Source: Camelus ferus
Lineage: Eukaryota
Direction of reading: 5' to 3'
Assembly (NCBI RefSeq): GCF_009834535.1
Contig: NC_045696.1
Location: forward strand, 118,360,001-118,424,000
DNA: 64,000 bases
The notes below the pieces were generated by a model. It worked only from the letters and a program-made list of their open reading frames with translations, ran no database searches and had not been told where the DNA came from. Positions 12,959 through 27,086 of the stretch are shown piece after piece (positions within the stretch are counted from its first letter, which is position 1; each line of letters opens with the position of its first letter). Both the position numbers and the translations under genes were made by a program.

Positions 12959-15299
12959 GTAGGTGATGAATGCATAGATACATAATATTACAAGATAATG
13001 TACAAGATACCTAATCTTAGAGGATTCTGATCTCAGACTAGTGAGGACCTGTAATCTGTGCTTTAAAAATATGACAAATGCAAAGAATATTGTGTTACGC
13101 AGTTGTTCTGCAAGCTTATTGAGTAGGGGAAAATATAACAATTCTTAGTTCTTGAGTAAATGGACTCACTGTAAATATCTGTTGTTATCCTATAGCAAGA
13201 TAATTGGAATGAATGCACATGTAGTATTAAGCTTCATCATAATGCATTTTTGTTTTTGTTTTTCCTGTATCTCTCTTATGGTACTAAAGGCTTCCTTTGT
13301 TTGCCTAAGTTTCCTGATAATACAGAGTATCTGCTTATGAGCATCTGAGAGAGTCTGAAGTGTAATCCATGCTTATGTTAAGGGCTGTTTGTTAATATCC
13401 TGTTTGACTCCTCAGCAAACAGGGCAGTTACATCTCAATTAGCAATTTTTAAAAAGGATACACTCATTAAGAAAACATGCATCTTATCTAGTCATTTGTT
13501 AATATTCTCTATGTAACTTGAATTTGCTTGAGTAAACGTTTCTGGATTTTGTATCTTCTTAACAGGGAAACCTTGGAAGTGGAAATATTAAAGTACTTCC
13601 AGTAGTATTTGAAATCCACCTGCTGAACCAAAGTGATATAAGAACTGGATTGTTTTCTTTCAGGGAGAATAAAGTACAGATTCAGTAATAACACCTTTTG
13701 GTGTTGTAGGTAGCAGTGCAGATTCTTGAAGAAATCCTTTGATGGAGTACGTTGTCCTTATGGTTAATAAGTTCTGATACTTGCATATTGATGCTGTAAA
13801 ATATATGCAGGAACCACTCTTCACTTGGAAACATTTGAATATTAAGCTGTAATTCCTTCTTTTGTATCATAAATATGGAATTTGTGCTTAGATTCTTTAT
13901 ATTCTTGACTGTACATTCTATATACATGATTGGAACTACATCATTTGTTCCTTCAGCTCCCAGGCAAGCTTCTAACATCTACAGTAGGGCCTTATACACA
14001 CGAAGCACTTAACAAGAATGCAGTCATTGTGAAAGTTTTTACAATTTGTTTATGAATTCCAGAAATGAGATGGTAATTGAGATGCTTGACATCTTTATTT
14101 TATGCCATTTGGGGTCTTTAGAAATAATCAGTCATTCAAGAGTCACGGGTGCTACAAGAGGCTACGTTCCCGTGGTGTTGTAGAAGGGCATTACCGCGGC
14201 AGCGAGGCTCGTGTGCTGTCATCATGTTTTCTGCACCCGTCCTACCTGCTAAGGGTTAGAGTGCTCTGGAGCCCTCTCTTAGTGCGGAAGTGCAGGAGAA
14301 AGCTTGGAATTTCACATACTAAGTAATAGGTGGAATCCTCTATCTGAACATGTTGATCCCAACAACAACAAAAGGTGAATTTAAGAGATATTTAAATAAA
14401 TGCTCATGTTTGGCATGTAACTGAGGAATGCTAATGTGATAATATGTGAAATGCATGGTGGAAATAGCATTAGATATAAATACAATTTTAAAAAATCCCA
14501 AGACAAAAGGAAAATAAAGGTGTATTTCAAAGGAAGGAAAATCCTCATGTATATATAAATTTTGTTGGTAAATTATATTTCACAATTACATTGTAGTTTA
14601 GCTAATGATAACAAATAATGGATATAATATAAAGTTAAGAGAAATGTGTCAGTGTGAAGGCACAGTATTATCTTGTAGTTTGTTTTGTTCTTGAGTAGTT
14701 TGAAGATTAAAGTATCTTAGTATTATTGAATGATAATTGTACTTTGAAGCAAACTCCTAATACAACTTTGCACAATAAATACTAATGTTGTTAACTAATA
14801 TAGTTTTAATCAATGCCTGTCAGTGTTGTAATGTTAAGATATTACTATATTGTTGTAATTAAAAAGGCAAGATAAAAAGCTCAGGTAGTACAGTATATAA
14901 AAATGAGCTTTTAATAGTTGGCAGGCCAATGCTGTTATTAAATAGTATTATAGTATTTAAGGTGTGAAATGAATATTTTTCTACTCAGTAGGCAATAGCT
15001 CTTACAATATAATGAGCTTACTTGTGAATCTGACACTTGGGTTAAATGCAGAATTCATAGCAGCACAGCTCTAGGGCATATTTTCATATAAGGTCAACCA
15101 ATAAAAGCCAGGAATAGTTGCAGAATCACACTAAAATGGCCACAAGAAGTGTCAGTGAAATTCAGTTTTGAAAATGAAAATTTGTTCTGTTACTATCATA
15201 GCTCTTTTAAATCAACTAGAAATAGGTTATTAGAAAAATATGAATGTTCCAACCCTCAAATATCCTTTAGCCTAACAGATCTACGTTTGTACTGTTTAG

Positions 15300-15500
15300 A
15301 CCGCCTCGGAAATCCTGACCTTTCTCCACAGACAGTTCTGGCTGTCGGCCGGGCACTAACACACTCAGGCTGGTCTGCTTGTGTCTGCGATAGTGACTGG
15401 CTTTACTCTGTCATCTGTAAAGTGGACATCGTAGTGTCCGACCTGCTTCCTTGTCACAGCTGTTGTAAAGACTGATAGAATTGTATAAAATGAAGCCTTT
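15300..15500 (+). mobile_element. Degenerate MIR
   Basis: gctttactctgtcatctgtaaagtggacatcgtagtgtccgacctg...gttgtaaagactga resembles the MIR core. Confidence 0.5.
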
Positions 15501-18017
15501 TGAAAATCTGAATGCAAAACCATGCAGTTTTTATTGGTAGTTCTTTGTGTTCCCCTCATGGAAATCAGCAATTTTTTGCCTCCATCTTTGTGCGCACCCT
15601 GGTACAGGCCGAGGCTTTATTAACTTTTGAATCCAGTCTTGAACTGGTCCCCTAAATCTGTATTCTTCCCATTATTTGCTTACATTATTGTGGTCTCAGA
15701 TGTCAGTTTTAAGAGGACAGTCTCTGCTTTCTGTTGTTTCTGGTTTTGTTTGGTAATAATATCTAAACATAGTGAGTTGGTGCATGTCTGACCCCAGAGA
15801 CTTTGGACAAGTCTTAGTTTCCTCACCTCAAGCGTGAGGGCGATAAATCACACTTGCTTCAAGGAGTTAATGGGATAATGCCATGTGGCAAATGCCCAGT
15901 AAGTATGAGCTGCTTTTGTCTTCCAGTCAATGCCATCATCACCGTCATCACCGTTCATCTTCTGACACGTAGAATTTGTTTTACAGTGTGCTAGTAGAGA
16001 CACCAAAAGGAAGACTTAAACACAAAATGTCTTACAGGAAAATAACTGTTGTCTGTTAGCAGAGAGGGGGCTGAGACAAGCGCCGCGCGAGGCTTGGAGC
16101 TCTCAGCCTCTGCTGTTGTGTTCCAGGCTCCCCGTGTAACAGACGCACACACCCAGTAGAGAGAGAAGGGAGATGTGTTAGTACTGGTGTAAGTTCAGAG
16201 GAGGGTTTTTGGAATTTTGGCAAATTCTGAAATTTACAATCGATGGACCCTAACTATAGCTTTATGTGCCTCACGCTCACAGACTTGTTGTTCATAGTCT
16301 AGGAGGTTTTACTTCGGGTTTGTGGTTTTGCTTCATTGATTCAGATAGAGCCCAGCTGCATTTAACTCCTAAGGCACCAGTGTGGTCATTCCGTGATGCC
16401 TGGGTGATAGCCTAGATTTTGTTGTGGAAGTTTTTGTTAAAATTTGATTATTTATCTCCCAACTCATTTGCAGATGTTGCATTAAAGTGGAAAGATTATA
16501 AAAACTGAGAAGATATTACTGGTTTATGCAGTCTACCTTGTGCATTTTAAAGACCCATGTTAATGTTTTCTGTTAGATGAAATGAGCTTTCTCTGTGTCT
16601 TATTTAACCATGAAAACTGAGAGACTGGTGCTGAGTGTGAAAGAAGGAGTTGCCGACGCACAGCTGGCAGTGGACGTTTAACTTAGGGACTGCAGCACCT
16701 GGCCCTTTGGTGGAGGGACTGCTCCCTCTCCCCCCTCCCCTCCCCAAGGGCAGCTGACCTTCTCCTCTCCAAAGAGGCGAGCCCCTTGCCAGCACATATG
16801 ACTACAGACTATTACATTAATCTGTTTAGCTGTAGTACCAGCTGCTTGCATGTTTTTAATTATCTTATTAGATGGGATAACAGTGACCTATGAAATAAAT
16901 TGAAGGTGAACATTTTTAAACTTTCCCTTTTTTACCCTCTGTTTCTAAATATCTTTATTGATCCAATTATGATATTCTGCAAAAGTTCATTTGGAAGTCT
17001 GTATGGTTTTTGAGTCAATGTAATGCTTTTTAAAGCAAAATGTTATAATTACCAGTACAGGAAATAACTTCGTTTTTGCCTCATTTTTGATAAGATTTAG
17101 GTTGTGTTTATGTAGCCACAAATTCATGTTAAAATCTGTTGGTTTAATAGGTAAGAGAAAACTCTGACCAGTTATTGGCATTCACTGGGAAACTCACAAT
17201 AGTGCTTAAATTTCAGACATCTTAGCACTGTATAAATGGCATAGGGTAGAATATAAATCATTGTAGATTATTTTTAAATAAATTTGTATATTTAACTCTG
17301 ATTTTCTAGATTCTGTATATACAGTGGTAAATCACCTAGCTGACCCTAATTATTTTTACAATTTAATTTCACACAGTACCATTTCTGAGTGTATTTTCCA
17401 AGCTGTGCCATTAGGAAAAGTGTACTGTCTTCTGGATTTTTGACAACTGGATAATTTTCAAGTAGTACTTGAAATTAAATGTTGACTTCAAGAGACAGTT
17501 CAAAATAATAATGACCAGTGGTTGTTCAAAGTCTTAACCCTTAAACCAAAATTGTGATAATTTAGTCAGAAACCCTGATGTTGAATTTAAAAACATAGGT
17601 AGTTGGATGCAAAAAAGGATTGTAGAATACTCACATGTGTCGTTTGAATTAGGAAATCCTCTAAGTGGCATAGTGGGGTGATTTGAGCCTTGAAAATGTT
17701 TTAGTCCTAAATGCTTACAAACTATACATTATTTTTTTTAATTAAGTTATATTCATACTTTTTGGTTTCTTAGTTTTTTCCCTCTAAAGAAAGACCAAAT
17801 TACATAATTCAAAAGAGCTTTTGTTGAAGTATATGTATTTTATTTTCTCTTTAAGGAAAGAAAATAAAAAGCCACTTTGGCTCCAAAGTACTGGTGATAA
17901 AATTTCTTGATGTTGATCAGAGCTCCCAAAGTTGCCTCCCTTTTTCAATACGGTATGTTCTATAGCCCACAGAGTCAAAGGATGTTGAAGTTAGTAAAAA
18001 GATTTTAAGAATTCTCA

Positions 18018-18143
18018 GGGGGGAAGGTATAGCTCAGGTGGTAGAATGCAGGCTTAGCATGCATGAGGTCCTGGGTTCAATCCCCAGTATCTCCATTAAA
18101 GAAAAAATAATAACATTAGTAAATAACCTAATTACCTCCCCCT
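18018..18143 (+). mobile_element. tRNA-derived SINE of camelid type (vic-1-like)
   Basis: ggggggaaggtatagctcaggtggtag (A box), gggttcaatcccc (B box), A-rich linker, aacctaattacctcccc tail. Confidence 0.85.
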
Positions 18144-18600
18144 GCAATCAATCAGTCAATCAATGTTGTTGGTTTACCTTTTTGAATTTAAAAGTTGTCA
18201 TTTCCTGAATAAGAAAAAATACATTAATTTGAACTTTCTTAAGTCATTGAGGAAATTTAAAAAATTAGGCTTCAGGTTTTATCACAAAGCTGTTATATAT
18301 CCTATTTACATGTAATGAATAATTTGGGAGAATGTGGGAAATAACTTTACATCATTTACATTTATGTTTAGTGTAATACCTTTTCCTTCCCCCATTTGCA
18401 TGTAAGAGTGTCCTCTGTCTCTTGAAATAACAATGAAGCAGTGGCTCAGAATATTAGAGATAATAGGGCAAAAGCATATTTTGGATTTAAAATTTAGAAA
18501 TCTGGGTTCTGGTTATACTTTTAGAATGATATACATTTGTTAATCTGTTATTTTTAAGAATATGGAATCATAGAATCAATTTAATTGCTGAACGTTATAC

Positions 18601-18958
18601 TGTGTTAATTTGTTCCAGCTGCTATAACAAAATACCAGAGACGGGGTGGCTTATAAACAACAGAAATTTACTTCTCACAGTTCTAGAGGCTGGGAGGTTC
18701 CAGGTGAGGATGCTGGTGGATTTGGTGTATGATGGAGCCCACTTCCTGGTTCCTAGATGGAGTCTTTTAACCGTGTTCTCCCATGGCTGAGGGGCACGCG
18801 AGCTCTCTGGAGTCCTCTTCCGTAAGAGCATTGATCCCATTCATTAGGGCTCAGCCCTGGTGACCTAATCACCTCCCAAAGGCTGCACTCCCAAACACTA
18901 TCACACTGGACGCTAGGATTCAAAATATGAATTTGGGGGCCACGTTCAGTCCACAGCA
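18601..18958 (-). mobile_element. MaLR solo LTR (MLT1A/B-like)
   Basis: TG...CA ends; gctgctataacaaaatacc, aacagaaatttacttctcacagttctagaggctgggag, cctaatcacctcccaaagg. Confidence 0.88.
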
Positions 18959-19269
18959 CTTACTACAGGAAAGAGAGACCAGCCTGAGTTCTGTGTCCTG
19001 CTCCTTCTCCACCCACTCATCCTAGGTTCCTATGGCCTGGCCATTTTAATTATTTTTCCAGGACATAGCTTAGTAAATAGATGAAAAAGGAGGACCTAGA
19101 ATTAGGGTTTCTTTGCTGATTCTTAGAATAATGCTTTCCTCAGTTGGATGTGTTGCCTGTATTTTGTTGAGAACCTATGTAATTTTATGACACCAACTCT
19201 TTAAGTTCTTAAGAATAAATACATGATTTAGGGAAACAGTTTGGGAAAAGCACACAGAGAGAAATAAGA

Positions 19270-19460
19270 CAGACTAAAGTTTACGTGTTAGCTCCACCAC
19301 TTACTGACTGTGTGACCTTAGGTAAAGTGATTAACCTCCCCAAGTCCTGGTTAGCTCAGTTGTAAAACCGGAGTTTTACCAGCTCCTGTGTCACAGACTT
19401 ATAGGGCGCACACCTACAAATGTGCAGAGCCCCGGCGCAGTCACCTAACACATAGGAGGG
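19270..19460 (+). mobile_element. MIR SINE
   Basis: ccacttactgactgtgtgaccttaggtaaagtgattaacctc core. Confidence 0.75.
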
Positions 19461-20850
19461 AGCAAATCCTAGTTTTTTTCTTTCTCTCTTTTCTAACATT
19501 TCCTTTGAGTTTTAAATGATTTTTTTACCTAACAAAGTTGTCCTTTGTCTCAGAAAAGTATTTTAAAAATTCTGTACACTTCTAAAGTGGCAATAAGTGA
19601 GTATTTAGGGAGCAGATGTACAGTTATCTATAAAAGGTCAGCTCTACAGTCGTACAGTTATCTGTAGATTATAGATTTCTATTCAGCCCCACCAACTGAT
19701 CATCAGATTTTCTTAGTTCTTGTTTTCATATTTGCCCAAGTAGCACCACAACTTTTATAGTTAAATGATAATTTCAGAGAGCACAAAATGTGTAACTTTT
19801 GTATTTTCTGGACACCAGAATCAGAATATTACTTTTTCTTCTTACCTCCACAATGGAGCCACATTTGAGAGAAGGAAAAAAAATCACATTTGAATGATAA
19901 ATATATCTTCTTGAAGTAGCTTTATTATTTTTATGGTCCTAGAACTGGTCAGTAGCTACGTTTCTCTGTAATGTATAACCTGTCTGAACTAATTATTAAT
20001 CACTTCAGGCTCTGGAAATACACAACCTTTTGTTTAAATAATTAACGGGTTTGCTTGCATTTATATCCACAAATTAACATAACCCAGACTGACCAGAGCA
20101 CACACGTTACAGTGTGAGTTCTTTTCCTTCACAAGCCCCTTCAAGCCCTTTTTATTATCTGTAGACAAGCTTTGGGGAAAATTTTTTTCCTATTTGTTTA
20201 TTTACAAAGTCAGCTGCAAGCTTCAGTCAACCAAGGCTGTGTAAATGTTTATCTTTGAAAAGACAGGCATACATTTGAAATGGGAGGATAAAGCTGCCAT
20301 GAGTCAGTTGGCAGGAGAGACCCTTCCCCTGGAAGAACGTCTGTCTGCCCTGGTGCTCCTGGTGGACAACCCCGGCAGCCCCTCTGTCACTATGTGATGT
20401 GTGTCAGCAGGCGGCACTTTGTAGGGATGGCGCTGAAGTAGATTTAATTAAATAGTTGGTCAGTAATATTGAAGTGTGTTACTGGATCTATACTTTGAGA
20501 AAATAATGCATAGAATTAGAGTTTAAAAGTGGAAAGTTATAAATCTCTTGAAACATTTTACAAATAGCATGCTTATTTATCGACTTATAGATCTCCTTTA
20601 TATTTATGTAGTTAGCGTGTGTAATGCTTAATTTCTGGTTTATGATTTGATGGACAATTTGTTGTCTCAAAGATATAGTTGAAGAGTGGAATTTTCATAG
20701 AATATTTTAAGAAAAATGGATTTTCAATATTTGTCTGTTTCCTGTATCAGATTGCCTTGCCTTTTGAGGGAAGGGGCAGTGATTAGTAATCCTATTTTTT
20801 CATTTATTACTAATCCAGAGCTTTCACAAGTACCTTCCTGACATTTGTTT

Positions 20851-20951
20851 TTATATATGCATATATATATATGTGTGTACACATATGTATGTATAATACA
20901 TATGTATTATATTATATGTGTTATGTGTTATATATGTATTATATATATATG
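20851..20951. repeat. Degenerate (TA)n/(TATG)n low-complexity tract
   Basis: Alternating TA/TG dinucleotides over about 100 nt. Confidence 0.8.
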
Positions 20952-23855
20952 ACAATTTATTGTTGTTCAAGAGAGCTAACCTATCTTCGGTCACCTGCAG
21001 ATCTCTACTGTACACCCATTACTGGCAGCCAGCGTGCCAGACCCAAAGCCAGACAAATCACACACCCTGCCCTTGGTGCACTCCTGAGCTGGGAGAGGAG
21101 ACAAACATGGAAGCGACCACCACAGATGATGACTGGTGTTACAGTGGGGACTCTGACCAAGATCTAGGGGATACCAGACAGGCTAGTTAAAATTGAGGGT
21201 GGTTAGTGGTTGGGAAGAAGACAGGTTTGCTGGACATACCGGAGGAACAAGGGTTTTCCATGAGGTGAACAGTATGAACAAGCTCTGGCAGTGCGTCCCT
21301 TGGGGTTCTTGGTAGATTTGACTGGCCTTACATCTGTCAATCACAAGCTCATACAACATGGGTGTTTACACACATCTGTTTCATTGTGGCAGTGTTGTTA
21401 CTTTGCAGGAACTGCTGTTTTGACAGTATTGAAGTTTTCAATTTCAGTATATCATAGATGCTTGATATATTTAAATCAGTGATCAGAAATTTTAACTGGG
21501 AGTTGAAAATGTGAGTCTTTAAATTGCACAAAATTATATGAAATAGTTGATAATGATACAATTGAGGATGAATATTATGTGCCTAGAAATAAGGGGAAAA
21601 TCAATAAAGCAGCTATGGAATAAAAAATAGCCTGCTAATGAGAGAGTATTTGAAATTTAAAAGAAGTCCTAGTATCGTCGGAACATATGGGCATAGTTTT
21701 CATTCCATGATTGTAGACGCCATGTTCTGAGATAGATGCAGAACTACTTAGTCTGGGTGACATACTCAAGGAGCTGCAAAGACTGTATTTCAAGCTACTT
21801 GTTCAGATGAGAAAAGCAGTCCAGATGACATGCCCGAGCCTCTGAGCCCATGTGAAGCAAGACAGGGTGGTTGAACACCATCTCTTAACCTCACTCCAGT
21901 TTTCAGTGTGCTTCTAGATCTTAAATCTCCCTCAAGTGTCAGAGCACTACTGCCCTTGAACCGGGCACAGACTTCTGATGTCTGGATTTGGTTCAGTTCG
22001 CAGTGATACATTTGTAATCTCCAAAGTGACCACTGCTGCTTGCCTGCCCGCCCCTCCCCCACCTCGCACAGGGCCACCCCCAGAGCCTGCGTCTCTCCCT
22101 TCTTTTCTGACTTTGTAAGTTGAATGGGGACAATTTTTTTTCCTCCTGAGAGATTTGGGGGAAGGTTGGGGGAGTAGGATAAAATAAAGCCAGAGTGGTC
22201 CATTTGGCATTTTTAACACCCAACCCTGTCTCCCACTGCCACCTGAGCCGCTGACGGAACCTGCTTCCAGAGGAGGGACCCCATTTTCCTGCCTCTGTCT
22301 CTCTAGGTGCCATTCCTAATTATAATATTTTTTAAAGTTCTGTTGTAAAATGAAACTTTTCTCATGGTGCTAATTTTCAGTCTTACAGTAGCATTCCATG
22401 CAACAACTCGATGAAAACATGTCACTCGCGTTCATTATGAAGATCTCTGTGGTCATATAATTAAATTTTTGTGGCATCCATTTGGGAACATCTGAATTAT
22501 TGAGTGTATGAATTAACAGAATAGCAAATAGCAAAATAACAAAAGGTCTTTTATAAAATCAGGACTAGATTTGGGTTCTTTTGAAGTTGATGAACTTGCA
22601 AATCATATAAGATTCCAGCAGTGGAGAATACTTCTGCTTATTAACACAGGACTTTTTATGAAGCATAATTTAATCTGGGCGAGGAGGTCACGGGAAAACG
22701 GCTTATCTTCCACCGTGATGCTGAGCAGCTGTTTTTAAAAATCAGAAAGAGAAACACGACTCACCCTGATGTTCAGGCCTGCGTGGGAAGCAGCCTGTGG
22801 GCTTCATTTCAGGGTCTCCACGGGGTCCAGTGTCAAGAAAAGGGGATTTTCCCCCTTTCTTTGGAAATGCGGTAACATACCAGTTACGTAGGTCGGATTT
22901 CAAATAGCTTCAGCCAAGGAGGATATAATCAGAAACTTAGAAAGCAGGGGAGAATATTAGAGTAGCCAGCAAGTTTGCTCACTGAGGGAGCTGTAGTCCC
23001 AGGAAAGCCTTCCAGCTCTGACTCTGCTTTCACTTAGTCTTACTTCTCTCTTTTTTTTTTAAATTAAAAAAGGTTATGATGGTTTATGTTGTTGAAATAG
23101 GCTAGAATGTATGATGGTTTAAAGTTGTGTTTGTTGTCTTTATTTTTAAAAAAGACAAACAGAGCAAGCGACAGAAGGGTACAGATTTCAGATTTCTAAA
23201 AGCTAATAGGCCGTCATTTTACGAATCAGTCGCTGGTAGCCTGACAGTGATGGCCGTGAGGGAAATGCCGCTAAAAAGCAGGATGGAAAACTCCAGAAGC
23301 CAAGCAAGTGAAGTCATCTGATGTAGGAGCAAATAGCCATGCATTTTCCAAACATATATCACATCTGGAGTAAAATTCCTTGAAGTCTGAGAAACATTTT
23401 GATACTCTGAACATCGTTTGTGTTGAGAAAATCACTTACAGGGCATACATAGGCCTTTCACCATGATGGGTAAATTGGATATTTGAGCATGGGTTTTTTA
23501 AATTAGTGCATTGTTTCCTTTTTAACTATAAACGAATGCTGTTTTCTAGTCACCCTGCGGTGGGGGTATTTCCTTACTTTTTCAGGGGCCCATGTAAAAT
23601 TGTTTTCCCAGGTATGTTAATCCAGACAAATTATAAAGTCGATAAAGTACAAATTGACCTTAAACCAGAGTTTATTTTATCACATGGCCCACTGATCCTC
23701 ATTTTAAATTACCATTTCCTGTATGTATGAGCCACTCATTGCCGAGTATGGTTATATGATGCTCGTGGTCCAAGTCTCAGGTCTGATTCTTTCCAGCATT
23801 GATCATTTCTGGTGTGTCACTGTCATCACTAAAGATTTGCTTTTCTAACTTTTAC

Positions 23856-23890
23856 GTGTGTATGTATGTGTGTGTGTGAGAGAGAGAGAG
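23856..23890. repeat. (TG)n(AG)n microsatellite
   Basis: Seen directly. Confidence 0.75.
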
Positions 23891-24223
23891 GTGAAAGGAA
23901 GCAGGGGGCAGTGGGTGGTGGTGCTGGAGACAGAAACAGACGGTGACAGGCCATGAAATAAGATTCAAAAACTAAGAAAAGGGAAAAAAACACTTTTACA
24001 TGGATATCTGATTTTACTTAGAGTTAATTTTATACTGTGTTACATCTCTCAGAGATGTAACCACTTGATTTCATAACCACTTGCATTGTTTAACTTTCAG
24101 CGTGTATCTGTCTGCTTTCCCTGCTGACACTGTGACTCTCATGTGTCCATCTTTATATCTGTTGAACCGTTACAGTTGGATGTATATATGAATGGTTTAT
24201 CATCCTTAAAACACTTTGAGTTT

Positions 24224-24431
24224 CACTGTCCAATATAGGAACCACTGGCAACATGAGGCTATTTAAATTTAGGTTTAAATTAATTAAAATAAAATAAAAT
24301 ATGTCATTTTTCAGTTGTGCTATAGCCATGTTTCAGCTGCTTCATAGCTATATGTGATTAGTGATTATCATATTGGACAGTCAAATAGAGAACATTTCTG
24401 TCATCTCAGAAAGTTCTGTCACACAGTGCTG
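24224..24431 (-). mobile_element. MER3-like hAT DNA transposon (MITE)
   Basis: ctgtccaata...ggctatttaaattta...ttggacag...aacatttc...aaagttctg...cagtgctg. Confidence 0.8.
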
Positions 24432-27050
24432 ATTTAGAGGTTGTCGAATGGATTCAGTTAAAATATAATCCACTTAAATCTTTTTAAGAGAAAATATTTG
24501 TTTCAAAAGTACATGTATTTCTGTAGGTGTAATTCCCTACAAGTCAACCCGGTCTTGGAAAACACAGTTTAAGGGGAAGGATTGCCCTTTAATTAGAATA
24601 TGAGATTTTGGTAAATAAATGCTTTGTTTCTAAATTACTAGAAAATAAATTGTTTTCCATGCTATAAATACTTCCCTTGCAGTATCGTTTACATTATAGA
24701 TGTGTGGTAAAGTGTTTATCATATAGAGGATAAGATATGAAGTCCATGCATGCTAGTCAGCACTAATACCCCGGCAACAAGGGCAGGCTGGGGGCGAAGG
24801 AGGTGGGGAGGGCCCCGCGGAGGTGTCTCAAAGAGGGGGCTTTCTTACTTACTGATTATGTCAGAAACATCAGTAAGCCGTGGGCTATAGAACACGTTCA
24901 TTTCAGACAGCTTCATGGAGATTGTCTGGTCCAGGTCCTTTGCTCACCTCATTTCTAAATGCTTGATCCTTTGATTAGTAATATAAGGACCTTTATTATG
25001 TGCTTAATTTTTTATAACCTTGTGATACAGCTTGTCTTATTTCTTTTCTCAACGCTCATTTGCAGAGTTTACCTACTTTAATATGACTCTGAATTTAGGA
25101 GCTCTTAAACACTGTAATTTTAAGAAAATAATACATTTTTTAAAAATTAAAAGAATATTCTAGCCGACAGTCCAGCACCGTTGCTCAGTTTTCTGTGTCC
25201 TTGTGGATATTCAGGTGAAAGCTTGCGATTTCTCAGTTCACAGTTAAATCCAAACCCAAATCAAAACATCATCATAAATTAATTTTAACAAACCACCACA
25301 CAGTGAGCTATTTGTTGCCTTTGTCTCAGTGGAGCCTCATCACATGAGAACATATCTCACCTAGAAAGACGAAGAAATCCATTTTAAGCTTGTAATTGTG
25401 AGGTGTTTTTATATGTATTTATATATGTATAAGTAATGTGCCCTGATGTTTCATTATGGAGGAAAAAAGAGCTTTAAATAAAAGTAAGTTTTTAAAAATT
25501 CCTGATACAGGAAGCAAAAAAGCCAGTACAGTTTCTAATTGCCTTTTAGAGTCTCTGAGTTCCCTCATTACCTGTGATTTAAGCTAAAAATGAGGTAATT
25601 ATAGATAACATCAGTGTTTATCTGGTTGATCTTGGCACCTGCAGTCCTAATGTTGTAGCTTACCCAGATCTGGTGCCACACTTTACAGTCTGATGCTGAC
25701 ATCCCTAATTTACACTTCTCATATTTCCATTGATTTTTAAGTTTACATGTTCCTTGTTCTATTTGAATAGTATTTTAAAAATAATACCTTTAAAACAGTA
25801 TAAAGTCTCATGCTCTTTTAGGTGGAATATTGGAATCGTGGTACAGTCCTTTCATTAATAGAAATCTTTCCCTAATATATTTCTATACAGCCTTAAAAAT
25901 TTCTTGTGTCCTTTTCCCTTTGCATTCAGTAAAGCAAATGTGATTGTAATTAACATGGCAGTCTTTTCAAATATTGGCATGCACTTCAGGATTATAAAAT
26001 TGTTTAAACCTTTTTGCATCAGGTGCAGTTTTTTTTGCTTGGAAGGTGCTTCTCCACCTTCCACATATCCTATGCATCTAACTCTGGTCTTACCCCGCTT
26101 ACAGGCCACATTCCTTTGGCCTGGCCTTTAGTTCTGCTGTTGCTCTAGCCACATCTCAAAAACGAGATGACCACGGTTGACAGGCCGACCTTGGAAACCA
26201 CAGGGCCATCTCTGAGAGCTCCTGTACCACCCGCCCCCGGCATACCCCCCAGCCCCACCTACCGGGACTTACTGACCTTTCCTGTGGGATGAACCCTCCT
26301 CTGCTCCACGGAGCAACTTCATCAGTAACAGCTGAAGCAGCTGTCTTAACCAGGTATCAGAGATCCTCGGTACCAGCTGTAGGGAGTCTCTGGGTTCTTC
26401 TCAGTTACTGTAGTGGCCTGGCTTTTTTAAGTTAGCTCCACAGAGACATTGTCCCCTGTCTAAATAAAGCCAGAAAATGGGGTAGAAAGCATCATATAAA
26501 ATATACAATATGAACTTGTTTTCTCTATTATATCTTCATTTGGGACGATTCAGAAATATTTTTTTCCAGAATTGCCATGTCATTTATGCATTATTTAGGT
26601 TACAAAAGTATTTAAACAATTAAATTTAGAAAGTGCTAACTAGTTGCATTCTAATTTTATGTGCATATCTTGGGAAAATACTACATTAAAATATATAATT
26701 AGAAAGATATCTCTTTATGATTATAAGCTGTATTTATTCACTGCATATTCTAGTTGATTTCCATGTTAAAAAAAAAACAAAACTGCAAGAGGCTTAACTA
26801 CCTAAATAGGTCTTCTTAGCGGGAAGGCATCAGTTGGTGCTGCAAAAATTAATTCTACTCACTTAGAAATGATTGCAGCACTCTTGGCCAATGAATGTTC
26901 TTCTCTGAGGAGCACAGAGATGGGCTCAGAGTCCTCCTCAACACAGTGCTTCCACAGCAGCCATGACTAATCCATTACATTGGCAGGGGAAATGAAGCAG
27001 CCAGTTTCTGCCTCTCCTTGCTTAGGTGCTGGTTTCCAGGGACTGGGTGC

Positions 27051-27086
27051 CTGCAGTGCAGATTAGTTGCCACTAGATGGCACTAG
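27051..27086 (+). promoter_or_regulatory. Candidate CTCF site, core plus upstream module
   Basis: CTGCAGTGCA-gattag-TTGCCACTAGATGGCACTAG fits CTGCAGT..N6..YNRCCASYAGRKGGCR. Confidence 0.7.

Noticed and set aside
13540..13715. Possible extra exon(s) after ttcttaacag and ttctttcag acceptors
   Set aside because: Weak donors, no similarity to the recalled TBC1D5 protein, and the flanking exons already join in frame
18018..18095. tRNA gene
   Set aside because: A and B boxes are present, but it continues into an A-rich linker and SINE tail and lacks a clean cloverleaf
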